A stretch of DNA of 64,000 nt from the NCBI GenBank assembly GCA_963785725.1, contig CAWAWS010000018.1, positions 114,974 to 178,973 of the forward strand, written 5' to 3'. The stretch is from an uncultured delta proteobacterium. GTDB lineage: Bacteria > Myxococcota_A > Polyangia > Palsa-1104. A model generated the notes under the pieces. That model was not told where the DNA came from, ran no database searches, and saw only the letters and a list, made by a program, of their open reading frames with translations. Each line of letters opens with the position of its first letter. Within the stretch, counting starts at the first letter, position 1. Below, piece after piece: positions 10,042-19,698 of the stretch. The translations under genes and the position numbers were made by a program.

Positions 10042-11202
10042 TCAGCGCCTCGGCAGCCCGAGCACGCGCTCGGCCACGACATTGCGTTGAATCTCGTTGG
10101 TCCCCGCGTAGATCGGACCGGCGAGCGCGAACTGGAAGCCTTTGAGCCACGCCGACTCGTCGCCGTCGGTCAGCTCGCCGAGCGGCCCCAAGATCGACAG
10201 CGCCGTCTCGTGCAGCTGCACGTCGAGCTCGCTCCAAAAGATCTTGTTGATGCTGGCTTCGGGCCCGATCGGCTGGCCATCCTCGACCCGCGCCACCATC
10301 TGCAACGTGTAGAGCCGGTAGGCCTCGGCGTCGCTGACGGCGCGGGCGACGGCGTCGCGCTGCAACGTCGTGCCGCCGCCGTGGCGACGGCACAGCTCGA
10401 CGAGGCGTTGGGCGGCGGCGAGGAAGCGGCCCGGGCTGCGCAAGTTGAGGCCGCGCTCGGAGCCGGCGGTGGCCATGGCGACGTCCCAGCCTTTGTGCGG
10501 CTCGCCCAAGACGTCGCGATCGGAGACGAAGACGTCGTCGAGGAAGACCTCGGCGAAGCCGGGCTCGCCGTCGAGCCGCTGCACCGGCCGCACGGTCACG
10601 CCTTCGGCGCGCAGCGGCACGAGGAAGTAGGTGAGGCCGCGGTGGCGCTCGGCGGTCGGGTCGCTGCGGAAGAGGCCGAACAGCCAGTCGCAGAAGGCGC
10701 CGCGCGAGCACCACGTCTTTTGGCCGCTGAGCCGCCAGCCGCCGCGCTTGTCGTCGCGCACGGCGCGGCTCGTCAGCGCCGCCAAGTCGCTGCCGGCGTT
10801 GGGCTCGGACCAGCCCTGCGCCCACACGTCGTCGACGGCGGCCATGCGGCGCAAGATGCGCGCGCGCTGCTCGTCGGTGCCGAACTCGAACAGCGTCGGC
10901 GCCAGCAGCGAGATGCCGTTTTGGCTGATGCGCTGCGGGGCGCCGGCGCGGAAATATTCCTCTTCGAAGAGCAGCCACTCGATGATCGACGCCTGCCGGC
11001 CGCCGTATTCGCGCGGCCAGGTGACGACCGACCAGCCGGCCTCGAACAGCTGCCGCTCCCACGCGCGACAACGGGCGAAGCCCTCGGGCGTGTCACCCGA
11101 CGGCTGCGGGCCGCCGGCCAAGAAGTGGGGCACGTGCGTCGCCAGCCACGCGCGCGCCTCGTCGACGAACGCGCGCTCCGTGTGCGACAGCTCGAGATCC
11201 AT
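10042..11202 (-). CDS. fadE31: Acyl-CoA dehydrogenase FadE31-like
   Basis: WLLFEEEYFRAGAPQRISQNGISLLAPTLF, WAQGWSEPNAGSDLA, PIYAGTNEIQRN. Confidence 0.83.
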   Translation of the reverse strand: MDLELSHTERAFVDEARAWLATHVPHFLAGGPQPSGDTPEGFARCRAWERQLFEAGWSVVTWPREYGGRQASIIEWLLFEEEYFRAGAPQRISQNGISLLAPTLFEFGTDEQRARILRRMAAVDDVWAQGWSEPNAGSDLAALTSRAVRDDKRGGWRLSGQKTWCSRGAFCDWLFGLFRSDPTAERHRGLTYFLVPLRAEGVTVRPVQRLDGEPGFAEVFLDDVFVSDRDVLGEPHKGWDVAMATAGSERGLNLRSPGRFLAAAQRLVELCRRHGGGTTLQRDAVARAVSDAEAYRLYTLQMVARVEDGQPIGPEASINKIFWSELDVQLHETALSILGPLGELTDGDESAWLKGFQFALAGPIYAGTNEIQRNVVAERVLGLPRR

Positions 11203-11229
11203 GCCGCCGTGATCGGTGACGACCGACAA

Positions 11230-12088
11230 TTACTTGTCCTTCATCGACTTCGGATTTTGCCCCGCCAAATAATCGGGTGACGTCAGCGCGTTGTGCGCGT
11301 GCGCCAGCTGATGGAGAGCATAGGTCGCGTCGATCGATTCGCGCAGGCCCTGGCGATCTTCGGCCATGTTGACGGCCTGCTTGGCCAGCGCCAGCGCGAA
11401 GCGCGGCATCTCGCCGATGCGCCGCGCCATCGCCGCCACTTCGCCGTCGAGCTGCGCGCGCGGCACGACGCGGTTGACCATCCCCAGCGCCAACGCCCGC
11501 GCGGCGTCGAGGCGCTCGCCGGTGAACAGCAGCTCTTTGGCGATGCGCGGGTTGAGCATGAACGGATGGGCGAAGTATTCGACGCCGGGAATGCCCATCT
11601 TCAAGACCGGATCGCTGAAGAAGGCGTCGTCGGCGGCGACGATGAGGTCGCACGACCAAGCGAGCGCCAGGCCGCCGGCGATGCAGGCGCCTTGCACCAT
11701 GGCGATCGTCGGCTTCGGCAGCTCGCGCCAGCGGCGGCACATGCCGAGGTAGACCTCTTGCTCGCGCGCGTACAGAGTTCTCGGCGCCGCCCTTGTCGGA
11801 GTGGTCCCACCAGGTCGTGGCGACGCGCGCAAAGGGCTTGGTGACGTCGCGGCCGGGCGTGCCGATGTCGTGGCCGGCCGAAAAATGCGGGCCGGCGCCG
11901 GCGAGCACGATGACGGCGACGTCGTTGTCGGCGATGGCGCGCGCGAACGCGGCGTCGAGCGCGTAGGTCATGCGCACGTTCTGCGCGTTGCGATAGGTCG
12001 GCCGATTCATCGTCACGAACGCCGCGCGCTCGCGCTTCTCGTAGAGGACGACGTCCGCCTCTTCGACGGCCGGCGGCGTGTCGCTCAT
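11230..12088 (-). CDS. echA13: Enoyl-CoA hydratase EchA13-like; +1 frameshift near 11775
   Basis: NAQNVRMTYALD...FSAGHDIGTPGRD, then REQEVYLGMCRRWRELPKPTIAMVQG...MGIPGVEYFAH in another frame. Confidence 0.8.
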
Positions 12089-13206
12089 GACGCCACGCGC
12101 GGCGCTTCGGCGCGCACGGTCAAGGCGCGCAGCACGCCTTCCGCTTCGTCGATGATGCGCGCGATCAGATCGGCCACCGGCGGCAGCTCGTCGATGAGCC
12201 CGACGTTTTGGCCGGTCGGCAGGATGCCGACCTCGGGCTTGCCGTCGACGAGCGCGGCCTTCGTCAGCATCGGCGCCGCCGCCGCCATCGCCGTCTGCCC
12301 GAACGTGAGCCCGCTCGATTTGCGCATGGCCCAGCCTTCGCGGACGAGCGCCAGGAACGACTCGCCGGTGAGCTTGCGGAAATGAAAGGCGTGCGACAAG
12401 GCGCGCCACATACGCGAAAACGTGCCCGCGCGCTCGAGGCTGCCGATGAAGTCGGTGACGATGACGCGCTGAGGAACGCCGTCGATGCTCTTGGTGACGA
12501 CGGTGCCGGTCAACTCGGTGGCGAGGTACAGCTTCTTGATCGCGTCGGGGACGGTGCTCTCGCGCGTCAACAAAAAGCGCGTGCCCATGGCGATGCCGCT
12601 GGCGCCGAACGCGAGCGCGGCGACGAGGCCGCGGCCGTCGCAGAAGCCGCCGGCGCCGAGGACGGGAATGCCGACGGCGTCGACGACGCTGGGCAAGAGC
12701 AGCGTCGTCGGAATCGGACCGGTGTGACCGCCGCCTTCGTGGCCTTGGGCGATGACGGCGTCGACGCCCCAGCCGGCCACTTTCTCGGCGTGACGCTTCT
12801 GGCCGACCGTCGGCATCGTCAGCACGCCGCCGTCTTTGAGGCGCGCGATGAGATCCTTGCTCGGCGCTTGCGCGAAGCTGGCGACTTTGACGCGCTCCGC
12901 GATCAAGAGCTGCACGCGCTCACCGATGTCGGCTTGATCCGTGCGCAAATTGACGCCGAAGGGGCTCGACGTGCGCGACTTGACCTCGGCGACGGCGGCG
13001 CGCAGCTGCGGCAGCGTCATCGTCGCCGACGCCAGGATGCCGAGGCCGCCGGCGTTGCTGGTCGCGGCGCACAGGCGCGGACCGGCGACCCAGCCCATTC
13101 CCGTCTGGATGATCGGGTAGCGAATGCCGAACAAGGTGCAGATGCGCGTATCGAGCGCGCCGCCGCGTGGCGATTTTGTCGTGTCGCTAGGCTGAATATC
13201 GCTCAT
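12085..13206 (-). CDS. ipdC: IpdC, FMN-dependent (nitronate monooxygenase/FabK family) reductase
   Basis: PIIQTGMGWV, QGHEGGGHTG, AMGTRFLLTRES; follows ipdAB. Confidence 0.85.
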   Translation of the reverse strand: MSDIQPSDTTKSPRGGALDTRICTLFGIRYPIIQTGMGWVAGPRLCAATSNAGGLGILASATMTLPQLRAAVAEVKSRTSSPFGVNLRTDQADIGERVQLLIAERVKVASFAQAPSKDLIARLKDGGVLTMPTVGQKRHAEKVAGWGVDAVIAQGHEGGGHTGPIPTTLLLPSVVDAVGIPVLGAGGFCDGRGLVAALAFGASGIAMGTRFLLTRESTVPDAIKKLYLATELTGTVVTKSIDGVPQRVIVTDFIGSLERAGTFSRMWRALSHAFHFRKLTGESFLALVREGWAMRKSSGLTFGQTAMAAAAPMLTKAALVDGKPEVGILPTGQNVGLIDELPPVADLIARIIDEAEGVLRALTVRAEAPRVAS

Positions 13207-13294
13207 CGTTGCACCTCCGCGGTGCACCATGAGCCAGTCGGTCGATCCGCTGGCCCGACGGGCCGGACGCTCACGTTCGCTCGCTTGCGCTCTC

Positions 13295-14044
13295 TCACGA
13301 CAGCTCCTTTTGCGCGCGGCCCTCGGGGTCGAAGCCGCGAATGAGCGTCAGCTCCTCGGCGGTGGGTGCGCGTGTCGTGGCCACGTCGTCGGCGAAGGCG
13401 AGCGGAAAGCCGGTGCGCGCGCTGACGTCGTCGCGCGAGACGCCGGGATGCAACGACAAGACGCGCATCGTCCCGTCGCTGCCACCGAAGTCGAAGACGC
13501 CCAAGTTGGAGACGACGCGGCGCAGGTCGTGGAAGCGGCCGGCCGCGCCGAGCGCGCGGGCGCGGTCGGTGCCGATGCCGGAGACCCAATCGACGCGCTC
13601 GACGAACACCTTGGCCGAGTGCTGCGGCACGAAGTAGCTCGTCGGGTGATTGATGGTGTTGCCGGGCGCGCCGCGTGGGCCGAGCAGCATCGCCTTCGGC
13701 TTGCGCCAGTCGCTGCCGATGGCCGCGATGTTCTGGTTGCCGTGGCGATCGAGCTGCGTGGCGCCCATCAAGACGTGGCGGCGACCGCTCCAGACGACGT
13801 CGAACACCGAGCGATAGGGCAGCCAACCTTCGATGTGGCCGTCGCGATCGAGCAGGCGCGCGACGCCGTCGGTGAGCAAGAAATCGGGCGCGAAGGTGGC
13901 GCGGGCGAGCTTGGCGCCGAGGCCTGGAATGAGGCCGATGCCGCTGGCCAAGATCTCGCCGTCGCCGCGGAAGGCCTCGGCGCAGGCGACGATGCAGACG
14001 TCGGCGAGCGTGGCGTCGATCGTTTTGTCGGCGCCGGCGCTCAT
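13295..14044 (-). CDS. ipdB: IpdB, ring-cleaving hydrolase beta subunit (CoA-transferase fold)
   Basis: ADVCIVACAEAFRGDGEILAS, EGWLPYRSVF, RGAPGNTINHPTSY. Confidence 0.9.
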   Translation of the reverse strand: MSAGADKTIDATLADVCIVACAEAFRGDGEILASGIGLIPGLGAKLARATFAPDFLLTDGVARLLDRDGHIEGWLPYRSVFDVVWSGRRHVLMGATQLDRHGNQNIAAIGSDWRKPKAMLLGPRGAPGNTINHPTSYFVPQHSAKVFVERVDWVSGIGTDRARALGAAGRFHDLRRVVSNLGVFDFGGSDGTMRVLSLHPGVSRDDVSARTGFPLAFADDVATTRAPTAEELTLIRGFDPEGRAQKELS

Positions 14045-14848
14045 GCGATCCAGCGCTGGTAGTAGTCGTTCCATGTGTCGTCGGAGGCGGCGCTGGCGGC
14101 GTACTCGCGCTGGCTGGCCTCGTCGCGGCCGTAGTCGGGCTCGCAGTCGGTGAAGCCGGCGCCGCGCGGCGCTTCGACGACGCCGTCGACGAACATGCGG
14201 CTGATGCGCAGCGTTTGCAGCGGCTGCGCCGGCGAGCTCGCTCGTCGGAATCAGCTGCTCGCACGACATGAAGCGCAGCTTCGCCGCTTGCAGGAACAGA
14301 TCGTCGAAGAAGGGATCGGGGCCGAGCAGCTGACCGTTGCCGGCGGCGTCGGCGCGATGGACGTGCACGAGCGCGGCGTCGAGCGTCAAGGCCGGCATGG
14401 CCACCAACTCTTCGTTGTCGTCATAGGGCGAGCGCACCGTCCGCAGCGCCGGATGATGGCCGAGCACGTCGGAGCCGAGCCCGGCGCGCGTCGGCAGGAA
14501 CGGCAACCGCAGCGCCGCCGCGTACAAGCCCCACTGCAGCATGCCCTCGTCGAGCTCGACGACGTCGACGGCGCCGGCTTGGCGCGCCTTGCGAAAGTGC
14601 GGCTCGAGCGGGATGGAGTCGAGCGAGACGAAGCCGTAGACGAGCTTGCGCACTTTGCCGGCCGCGCAGAGCATGCCGACGTCGGGACCGCCGAAGCTGA
14701 CGATGGTCAAGTCGCGCAGCGGTGACCGCAGGATCTCGCGCACCAAGGTCATCGGCTTGCGTCGCGAGCCCCAGCCGCCGATGCCGAGGGTCATGCCGTC
14801 GCGCAGCTGGCTGACGACGTGGCTCGCGGTCGTGCGCTTGTCAGCCAT
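14041..14848 (-). CDS. ipdA: IpdA, ring-cleaving hydrolase alpha subunit; frameshift near 14230
   Basis: GIGGWGSRRKPM, FVSLDSIPLEPHFR, FLPTRAGLGSD; C-terminus (VDGVVEAPRGAGFTDCEPDYGRDE) in a shifted frame ending at TGA 14041. Confidence 0.88.
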
Positions 14849-14860
14849 GATGACGCCGGC

Positions 14861-15616
14861 TCACTTGTCGAAGCGGGCGGCCCGCTTCTCCACGAACGCG
14901 CGCCGCGCCTCGTCGGCGACGCCGCTCAGGTGTAACTCGTAGGTGAACCCTTGCTCGAAGCGGTAGCTCTTGCGCACGTCGATGGGATCGATGCCGTTGA
15001 GCGACTCTTTGGCGGCGCGAATGATCGTCGGGCTCTTGGCGGCGATGCTCTTGGCCAGCGTGCGCGCGGCGGCGCGCAGCTCGGGCGGCGCGACGACCTG
15101 ATAAATCGAGCCGAACGCGTGCAGCTCGGCCGCCGAGGCGCGCTGGCCGGTGTAGACCATGGCGCGCATCTTGTGCTGCGGGACCAGGCGCGCCAAGTGC
15201 GTGGCGGCGCCGAGCGCGCCGCGGTCGACCTCGGGCAGGCCGAAGCTGGCGTCGGTCGACGCGACGATGAGGTCGGCGTTGCCGCACAAGCCGATACCGC
15301 CGCCGAGGCAGAAGCCGTGCACGGCGGCGATGACGGGCACGGCGCACTCGTAAACGGCGGCGAAGGCGGCGAAGCAGGCGCGGTTGACGGCGATCAACGC
15401 CTCGGCGCCGGCGCCGTCGAGCTGCTTGATGTCGACGCCGGCCGAGAAGCCGCGGCCGCCGGCAGCCAAGATGACGACGCGGACGGCCGGATCGTCGCCC
15501 AGGCGGCGCAAGGTCGTGGCCAGCTCGTTCCAGCCGGCGGCGTCGAGCGCGTTGACCGGCGGGCGATCGACCACCAGCTCGGCGATTCCCTCTTCTACTG
15601 ACGCGACAATGCTCAT
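14861..15616 (-). CDS. echA20: Enoyl-CoA hydratase EchA20
   Basis: PPVNAL, FGLPEVDRGALGAATHLARLVPQH, SYRFEQGFTYEL; first gene of echA20-ipdAB-ipdC. Confidence 0.9.
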   Translation of the reverse strand: MSIVASVEEGIAELVVDRPPVNALDAAGWNELATTLRRLGDDPAVRVVILAAGGRGFSAGVDIKQLDGAGAEALIAVNRACFAAFAAVYECAVPVIAAVHGFCLGGGIGLCGNADLIVASTDASFGLPEVDRGALGAATHLARLVPQHKMRAMVYTGQRASAAELHAFGSIYQVVAPPELRAAARTLAKSIAAKSPTIIRAAKESLNGIDPIDVRKSYRFEQGFTYELHLSGVADEARRAFVEKRAARFDK

Positions 15617-15642
15617 GTCTTGATCGGCCTCGACACGATAAG

Positions 15643-15690
15643 TGGAACATGTTCTACTTCTGGTTGTCAATGACAATGGAACACGTTTCA
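15643..15690. promoter_or_regulatory. Two KstR-type operators (TGGAACATGTTCTA 15643-15656; TGGAACACGTTTCA 15677-15690) in the echA20/SDR divergent promoter
   Basis: Both match TnnAACnnGTTnnA. Confidence 0.85.
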
Positions 15691-16458
15691 GTTTGGCCGG
15701 CTTGGAAGGGCAAGGCCGTGGTCGTCAGCGGCGGCACGCGCGGCATCGGTCGGGTCATCGCCGAGCGTTTTTTGCACGCGGGCGCTGAGGTTCTCGTGTG
15801 CGCGCGCAAGCCCGCCGAGCGTGAGATCGCGATCGACGGACGGGTCGCGCATTTCGTGGCCGCGGACATCCGCGAGCCGGCCGAGATCGAGCGCGTCGTC
15901 GCCGAGGCGAAGGCGAAGATGGGGCGGCTCGACGTGCTCGTCAACAACGCGGGCGGCTCGCCGCCGGCGGACGCGGCGACGGCGTCACCGCGCTTCTCGG
16001 CGGCCATCATCAACTTGAACCTGACGGCGCCGCTGGTGTTCGCGCAGCGGGCCAACGCGATCATGCAGGAGCAGGCGGAGGGCGGCGTCATCGTCAACGT
16101 CGCCAGCGTCAGCGGTCTGCGACCGTCGCCGGGCACGGCTGCGTACGGCGCGGCCAAGGCGGGGCTCATCAGCCTGACGCGCTCGTTGGCGATGGAGTGG
16201 GCGCCCAAAGTGCGCGTCGTGGCCGTGGCGCCAGGGCCAATCCGTACGGAATTGGCCGAGATGCACTACGGTGACGCGGCGGCGCAGGCGCGCGTGGCGG
16301 CGACGGTGCCGCTCGGTCGCCTGGGCGAGCCGTCCGACGTCGCCGAGGCCTGCTTCCTGCTCGCGTCGCCCGCGTGCGCTTGGATTTCGGGATCTTGCCT
16401 CGTTCTCGATGGCGGCGGCGAACGGCCGGCGTTTTTGGGAGCGGCCAAGGTAGACTGA
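15676..16458 (+). CDS. Short-chain dehydrogenase (Rv3549c-like)
   Basis: SGGTRGIG, NNAGGSP, RPSPGTAAYGAAKAG; divergent from echA20. Confidence 0.9.
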   Translation: MEHVSVWPAWKGKAVVVSGGTRGIGRVIAERFLHAGAEVLVCARKPAEREIAIDGRVAHFVAADIREPAEIERVVAEAKAKMGRLDVLVNNAGGSPPADAATASPRFSAAIINLNLTAPLVFAQRANAIMQEQAEGGVIVNVASVSGLRPSPGTAAYGAAKAGLISLTRSLAMEWAPKVRVVAVAPGPIRTELAEMHYGDAAAQARVAATVPLGRLGEPSDVAEACFLLASPACAWISGSCLVLDGGGERPAFLGAAKVD

Positions 16459-17732
16459 TGCTGGTGCGCCCGCCTCGCTGGATTTCCACGAAAGTTCGCG
16501 TCTACCCGGCCGACGCCGTCACGAGCCGCAATCCGCACGAGGTCGAGCCGAGCGCCGCAGGATTGACGCGCGCCGGGGTCGACGAGATGTGGAGGTCGGT
16601 CGTCAAGCTCTATGACACCGGGCTGCATCCGGCCATCGCGCTGTGCATTCGCCGGCGCGGGCAGATCGTCGTCGATCGCGCCATCGGCCACTTACGTGGC
16701 AATTCGCCGACCGATCCGACCGATGTGCCGCGCGTGCCGATCCGCTACGACTCGCTGTTCAACATCTACTCGGCGGCGAAGTCGGTGACGTCGATGCTCG
16801 TCCACTTGGCCGACGAGCGCGGGCAGCTGCATCTCGACGATCCGGTGGCCGAGTACGTGCCCGAGTTCGCGGCGCACGGCAAAGGCGCGATCACGATTCG
16901 GCACATTCTGACCCATCGCGCCGGCATTCCGGCGGTGCCGGGGCAGAAGGTCACGCTCGACATGATCGCCGATCCCGACTCGATCGTGCGTCTCATCTGC
17001 CAGTCGAAGCCGGTGTCGGTCGCCGGTCGGCAGCTGTCGTATCACGCGCTGACGGGCGGCTACATGCTGGCCGAGGTCTTGAAGCGCGTCACCGGGCGCG
17101 ACCTGCGGCAGCTCCTGCGCGAGGACGTGCGCGAGCCCATGGGCCTCAAGAGCTTCGATTACGGCGTGGCGCGCAGCGACGTCGAGCGCGTGGCCGAGAA
17201 CGCCTTTACGGGCGCGCCGCCGATTCCGCCGTACTCGTGGATGCTGAGCCGCTCGCTCGGCGTCGACGTGCACGAGGCGGCGCGGCTGTCGAACGAGCCA
17301 CGCTTCCTGACGGCGCTGATTCCGTCGGGCAATTTGGTGGGCACGGCCGAGGAGGGGTCGCGCTTCTTCGAGATGCTCCTGCGCGGCGGCACGCTCGATG
17401 GTGTGCGCGTGTTCGATCGCTTGACGGTGCGACGGGCCGTGGCCGAGCAGAGCTACCTCGAGATCGACTCGGTCATGGGCGTGCCGGTTCGTTACGGCAT
17501 GGGCTTCATGCTGGGCGCGAATTGGTTCAGCTTGTACGGGTCGAATACGCCGCACGCGTTCGGGCACATCGGGTTCACGGCCGTCGCGCTGTACGCGGAT
17601 CCCGATCGCGACATCAGCGTCTGCATCATGACCAGCGGCAAGCCGTTCATCACGCCGGGGCAGTGGACGTGGCTGAACGTCGCGCGGACGATCGCGCGCG
17701 TCTGTCCGCGCGACGCGACCGCGGCGTTCTGA
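16458..17732 (+). CDS. Serine hydrolase, beta-lactamase-fold esterase (LipE-like)
   Basis: SAAK (SxxK) motif, LTHRAG, SYHAL, AFGHIG; TGATG coupling to the SDR. Confidence 0.82.
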   Translation: MLVRPPRWISTKVRVYPADAVTSRNPHEVEPSAAGLTRAGVDEMWRSVVKLYDTGLHPAIALCIRRRGQIVVDRAIGHLRGNSPTDPTDVPRVPIRYDSLFNIYSAAKSVTSMLVHLADERGQLHLDDPVAEYVPEFAAHGKGAITIRHILTHRAGIPAVPGQKVTLDMIADPDSIVRLICQSKPVSVAGRQLSYHALTGGYMLAEVLKRVTGRDLRQLLREDVREPMGLKSFDYGVARSDVERVAENAFTGAPPIPPYSWMLSRSLGVDVHEAARLSNEPRFLTALIPSGNLVGTAEEGSRFFEMLLRGGTLDGVRVFDRLTVRRAVAEQSYLEIDSVMGVPVRYGMGFMLGANWFSLYGSNTPHAFGHIGFTAVALYADPDRDISVCIMTSGKPFITPGQWTWLNVARTIARVCPRDATAAF

Positions 17733-17969
17733 GGCGGCGGGCGGCCGCTGCGCGCGGGCGGGCGGTGCCCGCGCGCGCGGCGGCTCCGTCGCGCCGGCCA
17801 TCGGCGTAGTCGAGCGCGCGGTCGCAAGGTCTCCGTATGGAGGTGCTAGCGCAGCGCCGGCGTCGGTCCCCCAAGCGAAGGAGGAGATCGGCAAATGCTC
17901 GGCGCCGGCACCGGCTGCCGCTCGCAACGAACGAACGCGAAGCGAACGGCGTGGCCGACGACGAGGGCG

Positions 17970-18440
17970 CTACGGAACGACGAAGACGGCGCTGCCTTCG
18001 ACGGCCGTGCCGCCGGTCTGACGCGTGCAGCTGAGCTGCACTTCGACGCGCCGCTCGCCGTCGGGCTCGACCCAGGTGCGCGCGACCGCGGCGCGGAACG
18101 TGAGCGTGTCGCCGGCCCAGACGGGCTCCTTCCAGCGCACCTTCGTGCGGCGGACGTTGTCGGGCCCGAGCCAACCCGCCGCCCACGCCGCAAGCACGCC
18201 GGCCTGGAACATGCCGACCCCGAGCGGCGACTCGAAGCCGGCGGCGCGCGCGAACGGCTCGTCGTGATGCACCGGGTTCATGTCGCCCGAGGCGCCCTGA
18301 TAGCGGACGAAATCGGTGCGCGTGATGGGCCCGATGACGAGCGGCTCGGGGCCGACGCCTTCGCGCAGCGCGTCCCAGCTCGGCCGGCCGCCGCCCGCGT
18401 GGCTGGCGCCGCCGCCGTCGCTGCCGTCGACCGCGCTCAC
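17970..18440 (-). CDS. MaoC-like (hot-dog) enoyl-CoA hydratase subunit
   Basis: YQGASGDMNPVHHDE hydratase motif. Confidence 0.85.
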   Translation of the reverse strand: MSAVDGSDGGGASHAGGGRPSWDALREGVGPEPLVIGPITRTDFVRYQGASGDMNPVHHDEPFARAAGFESPLGVGMFQAGVLAAWAAGWLGPDNVRRTKVRWKEPVWAGDTLTFRAAVARTWVEPDGERRVEVQLSCTRQTGGTAVEGSAVFVVP

Positions 18441-18892
18441 GACGTCTCTCCCGGCGCGCGCTCGGTCTCGACGCCGGTCATCTTGGCCTCCGCGACCAGC
18501 TTGCCGGCGCCGTCGCGGAACTCGGTGACCATGACGGCGAAGCGCAACGTGCCGCCGCGCCGGCCCTGCTTTTCGTAGACCTCGCTGATGCGCGAGCGGC
18601 AATAGAGCCGCGTCCCGGCGCGCGGCGGCGGCCCGAAAAAGACGTACTCCTGCTCGGCGTGCATTCCGCGCCGCTGATCCATCTTCACGGCGTGCCACGG
18701 ATTGGCGCCGTCGACGTCGTGCTCCCAAAAGAACGTCGTCGTCAGGAAGGTCGGCGGCGAGATCGGCTGCTCGCCGTCGAAGAAGGCGCGATCGGTCGCG
18801 CGCACGGCGCGGGCGAACTCGCGCACCTTGCCGCGCTCGACGTCGAGCTCGAACGGCCGGCCTTCCACTCCGAGCGCTTTCGGATCGATCAT
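18437..18892 (-). CDS. MaoC dehydratase N-terminal-domain (hot-dog) partner subunit
   Basis: VERGKVREFARA, PPTF, MHAEQEY; GTGA overlap with the MaoC gene. Confidence 0.82.
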   Translation of the reverse strand: MIDPKALGVEGRPFELDVERGKVREFARAVRATDRAFFDGEQPISPPTFLTTTFFWEHDVDGANPWHAVKMDQRRGMHAEQEYVFFGPPPRAGTRLYCRSRISEVYEKQGRRGGTLRFAVMVTEFRDGAGKLVAEAKMTGVETERAPGETS

Positions 18893-18904
18893 GATCGGCT
18901 CCTA

Positions 18905-19684
18905 CTACGGATGCTGGCTCGACACGGCGATCACTTCGCCCGTCATGTACGACGCGTAATCGCTCGCCAAGAACACGATGACGTTCGCCACTTCCCACGG
19001 CTCCGCCGCGCGCCCGAACGCCTCTTTCGCCGTCAGCTCGCCGAGCAGCTGCTCGCTCGTCACTTTGGCCAGGAACGGATGCATGGCCAGGCTGGGCGCG
19101 ACGGCGTTGATGCGCACGTTGGCCGCCGCCGCCTCGATCGCCGCGCAGCGCGTCAGCGCCATGACGCCCGCCTTCGCCGCCGCGTAGTGCGACTGTCCCG
19201 CCTGCGCGCGCCAGCCGAGCACCGATGCGTTGTTGACGATCGCGCCCGCGCCCTGCGGGATCATGCGCCGCAACGCCGCGCGCATGCAGCGCATCGTGCC
19301 CGTCAAGCTGATGTCGAGCACGCGCGACCACTGCTCGTCGGTCATGTCGACGAGAGGCGCCGTGCCGCCGAGCCCGGCGTTGTTGACGACGACGTCGACG
19401 CGGCCGTGCGTCTCGGTCGTGCGATCGAACAGGCGCTGCACGTCGCTCTCGGACGTCACGTCGCACAAGACCGACAGCGGCCGCGCGCCCAAGATCGGCT
19501 GCAGCCGCTCGGCCGCTTCGTCGAGCCGCCGCTCGTGCACGTCGCTGACGACGACCTGCGCGCCTTCCTCGGCCGCGCGCTTGGCGACGGCGAAGCCGAT
19601 GCCGGTGCCGGCGGCGGCGGTGACGATGACGATCTTGCCGGCGAGCAGCTGCCGGCCGGGCGGGTAGGGCGGCGCGACGTTCAC
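18905..19684 (-). CDS. ipdF: IpdF short-chain dehydrogenase (Rv3559c-like)
   Basis: VTAAAGTGIG, ASVLGWRAQAGQSHYAAAKAG, SLAMHPFLAK, VSSQHP C-terminus. Confidence 0.88.
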   Translation of the reverse strand: MNVAPPYPPGRQLLAGKIVIVTAAAGTGIGFAVAKRAAEEGAQVVVSDVHERRLDEAAERLQPILGARPLSVLCDVTSESDVQRLFDRTTETHGRVDVVVNNAGLGGTAPLVDMTDEQWSRVLDISLTGTMRCMRAALRRMIPQGAGAIVNNASVLGWRAQAGQSHYAAAKAGVMALTRCAAIEAAAANVRINAVAPSLAMHPFLAKVTSEQLLGELTAKEAFGRAAEPWEVANVIVFLASDYASYMTGEVIAVSSQHP

Positions 19685-19698
19685 ATTGACACCTTGGG

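Noticed and set aside
13295..14848. Apparent 517-aa IpdA-IpdB fusion in the ORF track
   Set aside because: The middle is out-of-frame nonsense. The real IpdA C-terminus is in another frame and ends at 14041, overlapping the ipdB ATG, so this is a frameshift artefact.
15611..15624. Possible KstR2 box near the echA20 start
   Set aside because: Only the CTTGnT half matches; the AnCAAG half is absent.
17733..17969. GC-rich intergenic stretch with possible hairpins
   Set aside because: Pairing is weak and explainable by low-complexity GC content.
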